DNA from: a virus
Strand: one strand, 5' to 3'
Virus record (IMG/VR): IMGVR_UViG_3300000553_000009
Span: 62,316-126,315 of that record
Length of the DNA: 64,000 nt
Made by a program: the position numbers and the translations under genes. This document shows positions 1 through 9,277 of this stretch, piece after piece. Position 1 is the stretch's first letter. Each line of letters starts with the position of its first letter. The notes beneath the pieces were generated by a model. The model was not told the DNA's origin. It made no database searches and saw nothing but the letters and a program-made list of their open reading frames with translations.

Positions 1-114
1 AAAAACTTTCATGTGCAAGGAAATATTTCTCCTCCCACATATGACAATGTAACTGTAAATCCACTGTATATTCCATCTTCTACCGTTTTTACTACTATTT
101 CCGGGGCACTATAA
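1..114 (+). CDS. 3' end of a gene truncated by the window edge (Pro/Thr/Ser-rich tail)
   Basis: Frame 1 is open from base 1 (KNFHVQGNISPP...ISGAL) to TAA at 112-114, one base before the next ATG. Confidence 0.5.
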   Translation, partial: KNFHVQGNISPPTYDNVTVNPLYIPSSTVFTTISGAL

Positions 115-115
115 T

Positions 116-523
116 ATGGCGGACTCATCTTCAACTACAACTACTAGTGGGCCAACGACCACTTCTACTCCAACAACTCCCACTACTGGAACTACTGGAA
201 CTACTGGAACTACATCCACCACCCGAAAGCCAACAACCCCCACTACTCCTCATGGAACCACCACTACAACATGTAATCCGTGTTATCCATTTGTTCCAAC
301 TACTCCCCAATTTCCTCCTGGATTTATTCTGCCCGCAACTCAGACTGTTCAGCCAGTAATAATACCATTCACCACCCCAATTCCAGTGAATCCATTAACC
401 ATGGGTATTACTACGACCACTACGACCACTACAACCTCTACTACGACCACTACAACTACTACTATTCCAAATGTTGTGCCCGTTCCTCCATGTAAATTCA
501 ATTGTAATTCTCTTAGCTATTAA
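116..523 (+). CDS. Thr/Pro-rich mucin-like low-complexity protein
   Basis: 135-aa ORF with poly-Thr tracts and PTT/GTT repeats, Cys pairs (CNPC, CKFNC); tightly packed between neighbours. Confidence 0.65.
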   Translation: MADSSSTTTTSGPTTTSTPTTPTTGTTGTTGTTSTTRKPTTPTTPHGTTTTTCNPCYPFVPTTPQFPPGFILPATQTVQPVIIPFTTPIPVNPLTMGITTTTTTTTTSTTTTTTTTIPNVVPVPPCKFNCNSLSY

Positions 524-533
524 TAATTAAGAC

Positions 534-1358
534 ATGAGAAAATTGACTATTGGAATGGCGACCCATGATGACTATGATGGGGTTTATTTCACTATCCAAC
601 ATATTAGAATGTTTCACAAGGAGATTTTAAACGATATAGAATTCGTAATCGTGGATAATAATCCCAAAAGTCCTTGTGGACATGCCATTAGAGAACTTAC
701 CGATTGGATAAAAGAACCTATTCAATATCTACCATTTACAAAATATCAATCTACCTCAATTAAAAACAAAGTATTTGAATTAGCAGATACTCCATATGTC
801 CTTTGTATTGATTGTCATGTCATGCTGGAGGCAGGATCAATTGAAAAATTGATCTCTTTTTATGATAGTTTCGAAGATAATGGAAATTTACTACAAGGCC
901 CATTAATTTATGATGATATGACTTCCATTAGTACTCATTTTGACCTCTCGACCTGGAGTTCGCATATGTGGGGAACTTGGGCAACGGATGATAGAGGGCA
1001 ACATCCTTCAAACTCTCCTTTTGAAATTCCTGCACAGGGAATGGGGCTATTTTCATGTAGAAAAGAGTCCTGGTTAGGATTTAATAAAGAATTTAGAGGA
1101 TTTGGAGGAGAAGAGGGCTATATTCATGAAAAATATAGACAACACGGCAAAAAAACCCTATGTTTGCCCTTTTTAAGATGGTTACATAGATTTGGAAGGC
1201 CCAATGGAGCAAATTATCCTAATAATTTAGAAGAACGCTTCCGAAATTACTATATTGGACATAAAGAACTTAGTTTAGATATCTCTAATCTACTAAATCA
1301 TTTTAATGATCTTGATTTATATCCTTTGCTTGAGAGCATAGATAAAGAATTAAAGTAA
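534..1358 (+). CDS. Family-2 (GT-A fold) glycosyltransferase
   Basis: N-terminal LTIGMAT...FVIVDNN strand, CIDCH (DxD-like) motif, GFGGEE motif and C-terminal HRF. Confidence 0.8.
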   Translation: MRKLTIGMATHDDYDGVYFTIQHIRMFHKEILNDIEFVIVDNNPKSPCGHAIRELTDWIKEPIQYLPFTKYQSTSIKNKVFELADTPYVLCIDCHVMLEAGSIEKLISFYDSFEDNGNLLQGPLIYDDMTSISTHFDLSTWSSHMWGTWATDDRGQHPSNSPFEIPAQGMGLFSCRKESWLGFNKEFRGFGGEEGYIHEKYRQHGKKTLCLPFLRWLHRFGRPNGANYPNNLEERFRNYYIGHKELSLDISNLLNHFNDLDLYPLLESIDKELK

Positions 1359-1583
1359 TCCCAATTTCAATTCTTGAGTAACATCATGTAACATTGACGG
1401 AAACCTCTCTTTGATATAATCATCAATAGCATCGTGTCTTTTTAATGTTCGATAGTCCATTTTTAAATCTTTTGCCTTATTTTCTATATAAATAGTGGCC
1501 TCAGCAAAACACATCCATCGACTAAACTCTTCCAATTCCATTAATTCCGAGCCTCCCCCCCTTTTTTCTATTTTAACTAACAT
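1350..1583 (-). CDS. Hypothetical protein
   Basis: 77-aa ORF filling the space convergent with the GT2 gene; true start may be the inner Met (MELEEF). Confidence 0.55.
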   Translation of the reverse strand: MLVKIEKRGGGSELMELEEFSRWMCFAEATIYIENKAKDLKMDYRTLKRHDAIDDYIKERFPSMLHDVTQELKLGLL

Positions 1584-1606
1584 ATTACTAGTATTATATA
1601 TTGGTT

Positions 1607-2077
1607 TTAATTATTAATATCTCCAATCATAGTCTCAAATGTCTCGTTTGGAGACAGAGGTTCACTAATAAGGACAGAATCGTATTGAACATTAACTCTA
1701 TACTTATTCCTACACTTTTCACATTCCACAATATTTTCTAATTTTGGGGAAAATAGCCCCTGAAATGTATTTCCTCCGCATATACAAGGCAATTCTACTA
1801 ATTGGCTATCAAAGATCTTTTCATACTCAGTAATTACCTCCACTTGTTCGGCAATTACTGTCTCATATTCCGCAAATACCTCATCGTTTGATGACTTGGT
1901 TTTAATTTGAGATGATTTCCGAAAATGATATATACCAAATCCTAAAAGTTTTAAGTATGATACTACAATAAATGTTTTCCAAAAAGGAATGAAATCTGAA
2001 ACTCCAAATGCCAGTACTGCGCCAGCCCCAATTAAAGCGATAATTATTCCGCCATATTTCCAATATGTTTGTGTCAT
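1607..2077 (-). CDS. Membrane protein with C-terminal Zn-ribbon-like motif
   Basis: Two N-terminal hydrophobic segments; CICG...CEKC cysteine pairs. Confidence 0.65.
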   Translation of the reverse strand: MTQTYWKYGGIIIALIGAGAVLAFGVSDFIPFWKTFIVVSYLKLLGFGIYHFRKSSQIKTKSSNDEVFAEYETVIAEQVEVITEYEKIFDSQLVELPCICGGNTFQGLFSPKLENIVECEKCRNKYRVNVQYDSVLISEPLSPNETFETMIGDINN

Positions 2078-2106
2078 ACTTTATTTTACTACGATTTAGT
2101 TAAAAA

Positions 2107-2493
2107 TCAATACATTTCATCGAAATTATCCTCTTCATCATCAGCATGGCGACACCCTATTGTATATTTTTCTAAAGTAGGATCAACATTTTGCAGAAGA
2201 TATATAACTGCTTTTTCCGTATTCTTTTTTAAGAGAAAAAGTGCTTTCTTGTTTTTTATTCCTTTGGTTTTCAATATTCCTTCCAAGGTTTTACATGCCT
2301 GAATCCCATTATCTACCATTGCCCCAAAATATGTAGGTAGTTCCGCCATTTCGTAAGGAAGAGTATTTGGGCCGGTGTGTGTTTCCTTTTCCTCTTTCTT
2401 AAATAACCGCATTTGTGTAGTAGGATCAAGATCATAATCTATCTCTCCTGATGCGAAACTTGTGGAATATGGGGATTGTCCTTTAGAAGCCAT
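2107..2493 (-). CDS. Hypothetical late protein
   Basis: 128-aa ORF preceded by TAAATA-N5-ATG (motif at 2499-2504, minus strand). Confidence 0.7.
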   Translation of the reverse strand: MASKGQSPYSTSFASGEIDYDLDPTTQMRLFKKEEKETHTGPNTLPYEMAELPTYFGAMVDNGIQACKTLEGILKTKGIKNKKALFLLKKNTEKAVIYLLQNVDPTLEKYTIGCRHADDEEDNFDEMY

Positions 2494-2525
2494 GTAATTA
2501 TTTAACTAAAATGCTAAATATATCC

Positions 2526-3053
2526 ATGAGAACTGATTTGTTTGCCCAGGCATTCCTAAAAGTATTAAAAGAAGCAGACCAACCTTCCTTGGAACGTAAG
2601 GCAATGGAAGGAACATTGGATAGTGGAACGAATCCAGAAGATTTTGATACTAACATGGATATGCCTGATCAAAATTCTCAAGAAGGTCCAGTAGGTGATG
2701 AAGTAGCCGATGCCATGTCTCGTAGAAATGAGCAAATGGTGAAAGAACTTCAAGTATGGATTGATGAAATCGAACAATTTTTAAATTTCCTTAATAGTGA
2801 AGAACCTACCAGTATTCAATCAAGACTTGCTGCTGCGGTTCCTGATACTGTCATGGATAAAATGAAGCAATCTCAACAGACTAAAATTAGTCGGGTTGCT
2901 TCAGACTTGGCATCGTTACACCAGAATTTCTTAGGATTCATGGCACAGACATCCAACTCTAGATATAAGTACGTGGCCATTCCTCTGACATTTGGGTTAA
3001 GCATTCTTGGAGGTTTGAGTATGATTGGTTCTGCTATCAGCAATTTCTGTTAA
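2526..3053 (+). CDS. Hypothetical late (probable virion) protein
   Basis: Start reassigned to ATG 2526 (MRTDLF...), which follows TAAATA (2515-2520) by 5 nt; acidic helical protein. Confidence 0.7.
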   Translation: MRTDLFAQAFLKVLKEADQPSLERKAMEGTLDSGTNPEDFDTNMDMPDQNSQEGPVGDEVADAMSRRNEQMVKELQVWIDEIEQFLNFLNSEEPTSIQSRLAAAVPDTVMDKMKQSQQTKISRVASDLASLHQNFLGFMAQTSNSRYKYVAIPLTFGLSILGGLSMIGSAISNFC

Positions 3054-3130
3054 TCCCCGGATTATACCTTTTTCAAAAAAATCCAGTAATTTATTACTGG
3101 ATTTTTCGCATCTTAGCACTAAATATTATT

Positions 3131-3376
3131 ATGAAAAAGAAAGATCAAGAAGCAATTACCAAGTTATATGTAGAGAATTATGGGCAGGGATTGGACGAAT
3201 TCGATCCCCATAATACTACAATGCCAGAGGGACCGCTAGAAAGAATTCAAACCAGTCTATTTGAGTTTGCCAATACTGTAGAAAATGCCGCACAAGACAA
3301 TGAATCTCATCATTTAGCTGCGTGTGTACAAGCTCTTAGAACCGCGTCACATTATTTGGCAGAGTATTTAAAGTAA
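3131..3376 (+). CDS. Hypothetical late protein
   Basis: TAAATA at 3120-3125, 5 nt before the ATG. Confidence 0.65.
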   Translation: MKKKDQEAITKLYVENYGQGLDEFDPHNTTMPEGPLERIQTSLFEFANTVENAAQDNESHHLAACVQALRTASHYLAEYLK

Positions 3377-4489
3377 TCCTCCAAACAACATCTTACATTT
3401 GATAATACCCAATCCCCCACATTGGGTATTATCTTTTATAAATGATGGAGATATTTGATCAAGTTTATGCTTAATACAAATTTCATTGAAATCTTTGTAT
3501 TTTCCCCAATTTTTAGGCCAAATGAAAACACATTCCCCTTGCTCTAATAATTTTAGAGTCTTTTCACGGGAAGTTTTATCAATCCATTGACTATCAAGTA
3601 CCCAAATTTTCTTAAAAAACTTCAATTCTTCCAATTGATCTTGTTGTATCTGGGTATAACGATGATATCCAGTATTGATCCCTGCTACTGCCAATCCATT
3701 TTTTACAAAGAATGAATCTATTGGTCCTTCAAAGATAAAAACAGTATCAAAGTTTGGATCTATTTTATCCATTCCACATATAGACTTATCTCCCCCCTGC
3801 TTGGAGGTATAAGATGCCTTTTCATCCCAAGAAAATAGTTTTCTCGACTGATAGAATATAATTTTTCCATCTGTATCTTTAAAGGGAATGATTAACCTAT
3901 GTTTATGTACGACATCTTTTAACGAAATGTATAAAGCATCTGGGCCATTCTTGGCTGTTCTCAGCCTTCTCTCATCAATTACTTTGTTAGCTTCGATAAC
4001 TGCCAAATTTTGTTTATAGAATTCAACTTGAGTAGAATCAAACAAATTTATTGAATCCTCTGGAAGCGTAGGAATCACTTGTGCGGGCTTGCCACTTGCT
4101 TCATCGGGGAGTGTCGCCATCCTTGCCCCTGAGTTGCCTATATCCTCTCTGAGAGCGTCATCATCCATTCCAGAAACTAAACGAATCCAGTTGTAAGGCT
4201 TGAGACTACTTCCACAATTATGACAGTAGATCAGATCATCTTCTACCAAAAAGAAACATCTTCTTTTCTTACCCCAAGACTTTCCCTCTCTACAAATTGG
4301 ACAACACGATCTATATGTTTTTCCATAGGCATTATAACTTACTTTGTAGCCAAATTCATAAAATTTTTCCACGGTATATTCCAGAGGAATATTAAAATCA
4401 ATCGGCGGTTTTTTCGTTTTCGATAAACTGCGCTTTAGACGTATTTCTAACGTATCTCGGGACTCTTTCAATATATTCGATGATACCAT
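3368..4489 (-). CDS. gp61: DNA primase (T4 gp61-like)
   Basis: Zn finger CPIC...CHNC, RLIIPF, TOPRIM IFEGPIDSFF and VLD motifs. Confidence 0.92.
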   Translation of the reverse strand: MVSSNILKESRDTLEIRLKRSLSKTKKPPIDFNIPLEYTVEKFYEFGYKVSYNAYGKTYRSCCPICREGKSWGKKRRCFFLVEDDLIYCHNCGSSLKPYNWIRLVSGMDDDALREDIGNSGARMATLPDEASGKPAQVIPTLPEDSINLFDSTQVEFYKQNLAVIEANKVIDERRLRTAKNGPDALYISLKDVVHKHRLIIPFKDTDGKIIFYQSRKLFSWDEKASYTSKQGGDKSICGMDKIDPNFDTVFIFEGPIDSFFVKNGLAVAGINTGYHRYTQIQQDQLEELKFFKKIWVLDSQWIDKTSREKTLKLLEQGECVFIWPKNWGKYKDFNEICIKHKLDQISPSFIKDNTQCGGLGIIKCKMLFGGLL

Positions 4490-4670
4490 TTTTTAAAGCG
4501 AAGTCAAATTGTTCTTTGGGAATCCACAAGTTCTCCATAGTAGGAGTAGATAGAAATCCATACTGTTTTTGCTTATTTTCTTGAATGAAAACTAAAATCT
4601 TTCCAGCGTGATCACCTGTAATACAGGCGTATGCCTTGCCCAGTCTCATTCCTCGAAATATACTTATCAT
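4398..4670 (-). CDS. Hypothetical protein
   Basis: 90-aa ORF, ATGA overlap with the upstream gene. Confidence 0.6.
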   Translation of the reverse strand: MISIFRGMRLGKAYACITGDHAGKILVFIQENKQKQYGFLSTPTMENLWIPKEQFDFALKNGIIEYIERVPRYVRNTSKAQFIENEKTAD

Positions 4671-4960
4671 ACTTTACTTTTCATAAAAAGACCAATCTGC
4701 TCCATGAAAAGATTATTGAGTGCAGATTGTTGCATCTTATCGTTAAAAACTGTCATAACAACCGGATTTCCATCTACATCATACCCTATTAATTTATAGC
4801 AATCTAAAAATTCCATTATTGTATTAGATAATGCAAGATTCAACTGATTTTTTCTGGGAAGATTTCTTTTTTCCTCAATTTTGACCTTTAGTGCTTCCTT
4901 CAATATCTGAGTTATCTCAGCATCATTGAATTCCGTAAGTTCAAAATTGTCATCTTCCAT
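4667..4960 (-). CDS. Hypothetical protein
   Basis: 97-aa ORF with TAAATA-N5-ATG (motif 4966-4971). Confidence 0.7.
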   Translation of the reverse strand: MEDDNFELTEFNDAEITQILKEALKVKIEEKRNLPRKNQLNLALSNTIMEFLDCYKLIGYDVDGNPVVMTVFNDKMQQSALNNLFMEQIGLFMKSKV

Positions 4961-4968
4961 TCATATAT

Positions 4969-5310
4969 TTAGATCGCCTTGAGAAAATTACTATCTTCGG
5001 TTTTTTGAGGAATTCCTTTTTCAATCAAATTTGTTATGATAACTTCCATTGATTGTGTCTTTAGATTGTAATTTTTAGTAAACTTATTTCCCCCATCATT
5101 AAATTCAAATGCAACTTCTCCTACAGACTCCTTATTTTGATAACAAGTTATGATTAGAGAATATCCCCCTGGATCAATCATAATTGTCCACTTTCGAGGA
5201 TCAGCTTGTCCATACTCTTTGAATAGTCTAATGGCGATGAATCCACTTTCTCTCAATCTACGAAGAAAGTATCCCCCCGTTGTAATTTTATTTTTCGATG
5301 TATTATTCAT
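4969..5310 (-). CDS. Hypothetical protein
   Basis: 113-aa ORF coupled by ATGA overlap to the clamp gene. Confidence 0.7.
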   Translation of the reverse strand: MNNTSKNKITTGGYFLRRLRESGFIAIRLFKEYGQADPRKWTIMIDPGGYSLIITCYQNKESVGEVAFEFNDGGNKFTKNYNLKTQSMEVIITNLIEKGIPQKTEDSNFLKAI

Positions 5311-6020
5311 TTAGTTAATGATGTTAAAATGTAAGACAATGCCACTTTTCCATTTTGGATTTGTATATTTCCAATTCCTAGTTTATTAATTCTGAAATTA
5401 AAGTATAGCTCATCACTAAAATTCAATAATCTTATATTGTCCAGATTCACTATAAATTCTTCCATTACAAAATCCACGGAATCACCAATTATAGTCAATA
5501 CATCAGTATTCATTCTAGTTTTATCTCCTAATGACCAAACCAAATGATCATCATCGGTAAACACATATAACTTGTTTGTATCTTTAAATGTTGAGCTATT
5601 TTTTAATATCGATTGCATAAATGCTTTCGATACCTTAAATTCCCAGTCATATTTTTGACTTTTAATTTTTGATAGTGTGACCTTTGGTGCTACCAGCACT
5701 CCATCTCCGTGCAAATGATATTTAAACTTGGTAGTTGTCCCCTTATATTCCAAATTATTGGAATTAATTATTAATTCCACTGTATCGGTAGGAATTAAAT
5801 CCAAAGTCTTTGACAACTTATTCAAAGAGGGTAAATTCAATATTGTTTCAATATCAAAATTTTCTTCCATGGAGGACCAAAGAAACAAACTCTTATCTGT
5901 TGCCGAAGTGATCGCATACATACTATCATTTTCAATATGCAAAATTGCGGCGTCACTTACTTTTGAAAGACCATTGAGAAAATTTTGAAAATCCTGTTTT
6001 TTAAACTTGAGGCTTGGCAT
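5307..6020 (-). CDS. gp45: DNA polymerase sliding clamp (gp45/PCNA-like)
   Basis: ~237 aa from ATG 6020 (MPSLKF...); beta-rich two-domain pattern (LSKVSDAAILHIE..., FKYHL, FIVNLDNIRLL) and replication-gene context. Confidence 0.7.
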   Translation of the reverse strand: MPSLKFKKQDFQNFLNGLSKVSDAAILHIENDSMYAITSATDKSLFLWSSMEENFDIETILNLPSLNKLSKTLDLIPTDTVELIINSNNLEYKGTTTKFKYHLHGDGVLVAPKVTLSKIKSQKYDWEFKVSKAFMQSILKNSSTFKDTNKLYVFTDDDHLVWSLGDKTRMNTDVLTIIGDSVDFVMEEFIVNLDNIRLLNFSDELYFNFRINKLGIGNIQIQNGKVALSYILTSLTK

Positions 6021-6501
6021 TCGATTTCTGCTTTGGGATTGTGTCCTTCTCTTCCAAAAAACCAATAATCTTAGTCAATTTTTTTGATATTTCTCTCAAA
6101 AGATCATTCGTAACTTTCTGAGTTGACTGATCGAATGATAACATCATTTGTCCATCATCAGGATGAACTGGGGGAAATATTCCAATCGTATGTGGAAGTA
6201 CTGGAGGATAATTATTTGGAGATGCTGGGAAAGTTGGACTAATAGGAACTACGTGTGCTTCTTGAATATATTCGGGAGGAACATATTGGGGGGGAGGAGG
6301 CAGTTGCGCTCGAACAAGATTTTGTGCTTGTTCGAGCGCCCCTCGAATTTTCATGCTACCATCCTGTCTATGACCACCCACCACAGTATTCTCAGATGTC
6401 ATTTGTTCCAGCATTCGAGATTCCCCGAACAGTGGACCCGCCACTTCCATTAATGCTTGCATGTCTGCGGGTGACATGGGAGGTAAGTCATAGTTATTCA
6501 T
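6001..6501 (-). CDS. Pro-rich hypothetical protein
   Basis: 166-aa ORF between gp32 and the clamp gene. Confidence 0.65.
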   Translation of the reverse strand: MNNYDLPPMSPADMQALMEVAGPLFGESRMLEQMTSENTVVGGHRQDGSMKIRGALEQAQNLVRAQLPPPPQYVPPEYIQEAHVVPISPTFPASPNNYPPVLPHTIGIFPPVHPDDGQMMLSFDQSTQKVTNDLLREISKKLTKIIGFLEEKDTIPKQKSNAKPQV

Positions 6502-6505
6502 AGTA

Positions 6506-7447
6506 TTAGTCTAAATCCAATCCAGCGATAAGTTGATCTACCGTATCTTCAACTTCTTCCGTTTTTTCTACTCTCTTAGTAGAAGTCTTCTTAGGTTTTG
6601 GATCCGTATCATGAAACATTGGAATGTCATCATTTACCTCATCCTCATCAGGAACTACTGGAAGTTCTTTTTCCCTTTTAGGAGCAGATTTCTTCTCTTC
6701 CTTATCCTTCCTAGGCGCACTCTTCGTATCACAGAAGTAGTGCTCATCAAGCATAGCTTGAAGTTCCTCGTAAGTCTTAACCGGATAAACCTGATTTAGA
6801 TCATGAAGATTTTCATAAATCTTATCAACATCTTCATCCGTTATAACTGTTTTGGATTTTGTAGTGATAATTGAATTTTTGAAAGTGGTAAAAACTCCTT
6901 GCTTCTCGGCAACAATCTTAAGATCATGGCCCGCAGTAGGATCGAAAATTTCCCAACCAAGTTCATCTGCCTGAACACCTTCAGTTGCAGCATCAATTTT
7001 TTCCTTCAGTTGAATTCCCATCTTGAGAATCTTAACTGTCCCATTATTCTCCGGTGTGGACGGATCATCAATAACATAAACATTAATGAACCAGTTTTCT
7101 GCTTCCTTAATATCTCCATCATAATCCTTGTTATCCGCATTTGGATTTTCCGTTTTCCATTCCTTCCATTGTTTCCATCTCAGATTTGAGATTGGATCTT
7201 TTTCATTGAAAGTTCTTAGACTTAAAGCACTGATAAAAGAACCAGTTGCCTTGGAGGTCCAAGAATTAACATAGTGATGGAATAAAGGCTCAACGCCTTC
7301 ATCCAAGATTGGAAGCAATCGTAGGGTATATGTTTTACCCGCTGGGAACTTCATGACATTGGCGAATTGACCGCCACCACTATTTCCCTGTTTATTGAGA
7401 GATTCTTTTATACGTTCAAACATACTGACTCCGAATTTTTTACTCAT
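6506..7447 (-). CDS. gp32: Single-stranded DNA-binding protein (T4 gp32-like)
   Basis: TLRLLP, HYVN, WFINVYVIDDPSTPENNGTVKIL, FDP..G.D..I motifs and acidic C-terminal tail ending LDLD. Confidence 0.92.
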   Translation of the reverse strand: MSKKFGVSMFERIKESLNKQGNSGGGQFANVMKFPAGKTYTLRLLPILDEGVEPLFHHYVNSWTSKATGSFISALSLRTFNEKDPISNLRWKQWKEWKTENPNADNKDYDGDIKEAENWFINVYVIDDPSTPENNGTVKILKMGIQLKEKIDAATEGVQADELGWEIFDPTAGHDLKIVAEKQGVFTTFKNSIITTKSKTVITDEDVDKIYENLHDLNQVYPVKTYEELQAMLDEHYFCDTKSAPRKDKEEKKSAPKREKELPVVPDEDEVNDDIPMFHDTDPKPKKTSTKRVEKTEEVEDTVDQLIAGLDLD

Positions 7448-7483
7448 TTTTTATTACTTTTTAGTTTGTTTTGTTTTGTTTTA
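7448..7483 (-). promoter_or_regulatory. Unstructured (CAAAA)n A-rich leader upstream of gp32; candidate autogenous translational operator
   Basis: Minus strand reads TAAAACAAAACAAAACAAACTAAAAAGTAATAAAAA-ATG. Confidence 0.4.
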
Positions 7484-7494
7484 GAATGCTAATC

Positions 7495-8136
7495 TTATAA
7501 TAGCTCGTTTAATTTGTCTTGTATTTTAATTTTAGCTTGTTTTGTGAATTCTCGCATTTTACTGGACGCATAATACTTATTTTTTGTCTTTTGAAAAGTT
7601 CCGTAGAAATCTGAAAAGATGAAATCTATTATTCTTGAATCCAATTTTGGTGCTGAGAAAGACAACGCATGTAACGCATAGTAATTGATTTCGTGTTCTT
7701 TCAAATGCTTTACGAAACTTGGAATTGTCTCCTCTATATTTAGCTCATATTGCTCTAAAGTCAAGCCTTTTTCTTTGCAAAAATTGAAAATAAATTTCAA
7801 ACTCTGCTGAAGTCGTTCCAGACTTTTTTGAGAATCGGGGTCTTGAACCTCAAGCATCTTCATATATTGAGCATAGCACGAAACGGCCTTCTGCCCAGTG
7901 TAAAAAACCAATTTATATTCTGCTGGTTCTGGATAAACTTTATGGGGGGCAATAAAAAAATCCTCTTGATCTATAGTCGGATAAGATGTAAAAAAACGGT
8001 CAAGCTTTTCAAGATAAGGAATTTTTTCCTCATCAAATTTAGCAAAATTCTTTCTTATTGTATAAGGTTCCCATTTGGCCTTCCTTGATACTACCAGATG
8101 ATTATTGTAAATCCTTTGTTGATTTTCTGATATCAT
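7495..8136 (-). CDS. gp59: Helicase loader (T4 gp59-like)
   Basis: ~213 aa, adjacent to gp32 as in T4; FAKFDE..., FLEKL-like pattern. Confidence 0.6.
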   Translation of the reverse strand: MISENQQRIYNNHLVVSRKAKWEPYTIRKNFAKFDEEKIPYLEKLDRFFTSYPTIDQEDFFIAPHKVYPEPAEYKLVFYTGQKAVSCYAQYMKMLEVQDPDSQKSLERLQQSLKFIFNFCKEKGLTLEQYELNIEETIPSFVKHLKEHEINYYALHALSFSAPKLDSRIIDFIFSDFYGTFQKTKNKYYASSKMREFTKQAKIKIQDKLNELL

Positions 8137-9000
8137 TTATCTTTCTCCTATGAGTAGTTTTTGTTTTTCTATATATGCTAACCTAGATTTTCTCATATTT
8201 TCTCTAGCTTCCAATGACATTTTTCTACCTACATTCACTTGCCTTAATTTTTCCTTCGTTTCTTCTGTATGTACTCTACCTAGTTGGGATCGACTCATTT
8301 TTTGTTTAGTTTCTTCTGAATGAGTTTTTCCCAAATTTGCCAATCTCATATTTTCGACATGTTTTTCGGATTTGTGTTTTCCCAAGCTCGATTGACTCAT
8401 TTTCAATTTAGTTTCCTCTGACAGAATCATACCTAAATGTCCTTTGCCAATATTTTGCTTCCACTCCTCAGAAAATTCTGGTCTTGATTTTCCTAATTTA
8501 GACTGTCGCATTTTCACCAAAGCTTCTGGCGAATGTCCTTTATGTGGAACGCCGGTTTTAGTTTTCCGCATTTTTTCAATAGCTTCTTTGGATTTAGGTT
8601 TTCCTAAACTAGCTAAACTAATTTTCCTTCTGGTTTCTTCCGAGACAGTCAATCCGGTCCTATCCGTGGAATACTTACATATATTATAACCTTTATTTAC
8701 ATTTGTAGAATCAAACAATTCTATATAATAAGATTCTCTTTCAAGAAGTTTTTTATTGTCTTTAGTTTTATCAAAAACTTCAAATATTTCTAATATTTCT
8801 ACCGTAAAGGATGACCATCCATGTTTTTTAATAGCGTTCTGTATATAATATCCCTTAATACCTTTTCGGTTTTCAGAATTTTTATGTTGGTTCAATCGGA
8901 GATACAGGTTTACTGCCTTGCCTATATAAATTTTATTACTGCCTGTAGAAGTTAATTTATATACTCCTGCCTCTTTTGGATATTCATTTCTTGGTCCCAT
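8137..9000 (-). mobile_element. Free-standing GIY-YIG homing endonuclease with NUMOD3-type repeats
   Basis: GVYKL...KIYIGK, R..QH, ERESYYI, GYNIC and repeated HSEET/K.KMS motifs; own TAAATA-N5-ATG. Confidence 0.9.
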
Positions 9001-9274
9001 TTACATATTTATCGTTTCGGACCCATTTTGTAACATACTTACTTTTGGCTATAGTAGGATCGAATTCTAAAAACACTCTAACTAATTCATAATCTGTATC
9101 CAGATTCAGAATCTCCTTCATCACAGTTTTCAATTTCTCTGTTTGAAGAACATGAATGAATACATTTTGAACGGATAGTTTTTTACCCTTCAAATTCATT
9201 ACAAAGGTACAAAACGATAAGAATAAGTGGTTAGACTCATCTTCTATTAAATCTGATGCGGGGTCATAATTCAT
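8984..9274 (-). CDS. Hypothetical helical protein (syntenic position of T4 gp33)
   Basis: 96-aa ORF; only position supports a gp33-like role. Confidence 0.6.
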   Translation of the reverse strand: MNYDPASDLIEDESNHLFLSFCTFVMNLKGKKLSVQNVFIHVLQTEKLKTVMKEILNLDTDYELVRVFLEFDPTIAKSKYVTKWVRNDKYVNGTKK

Positions 9275-9277
9275 AAA

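Noticed and set aside
116-470. Satellite or CRISPR-type DNA repeat
   Set aside because: Periodicity is explained by ACN Thr codons of the ORF.
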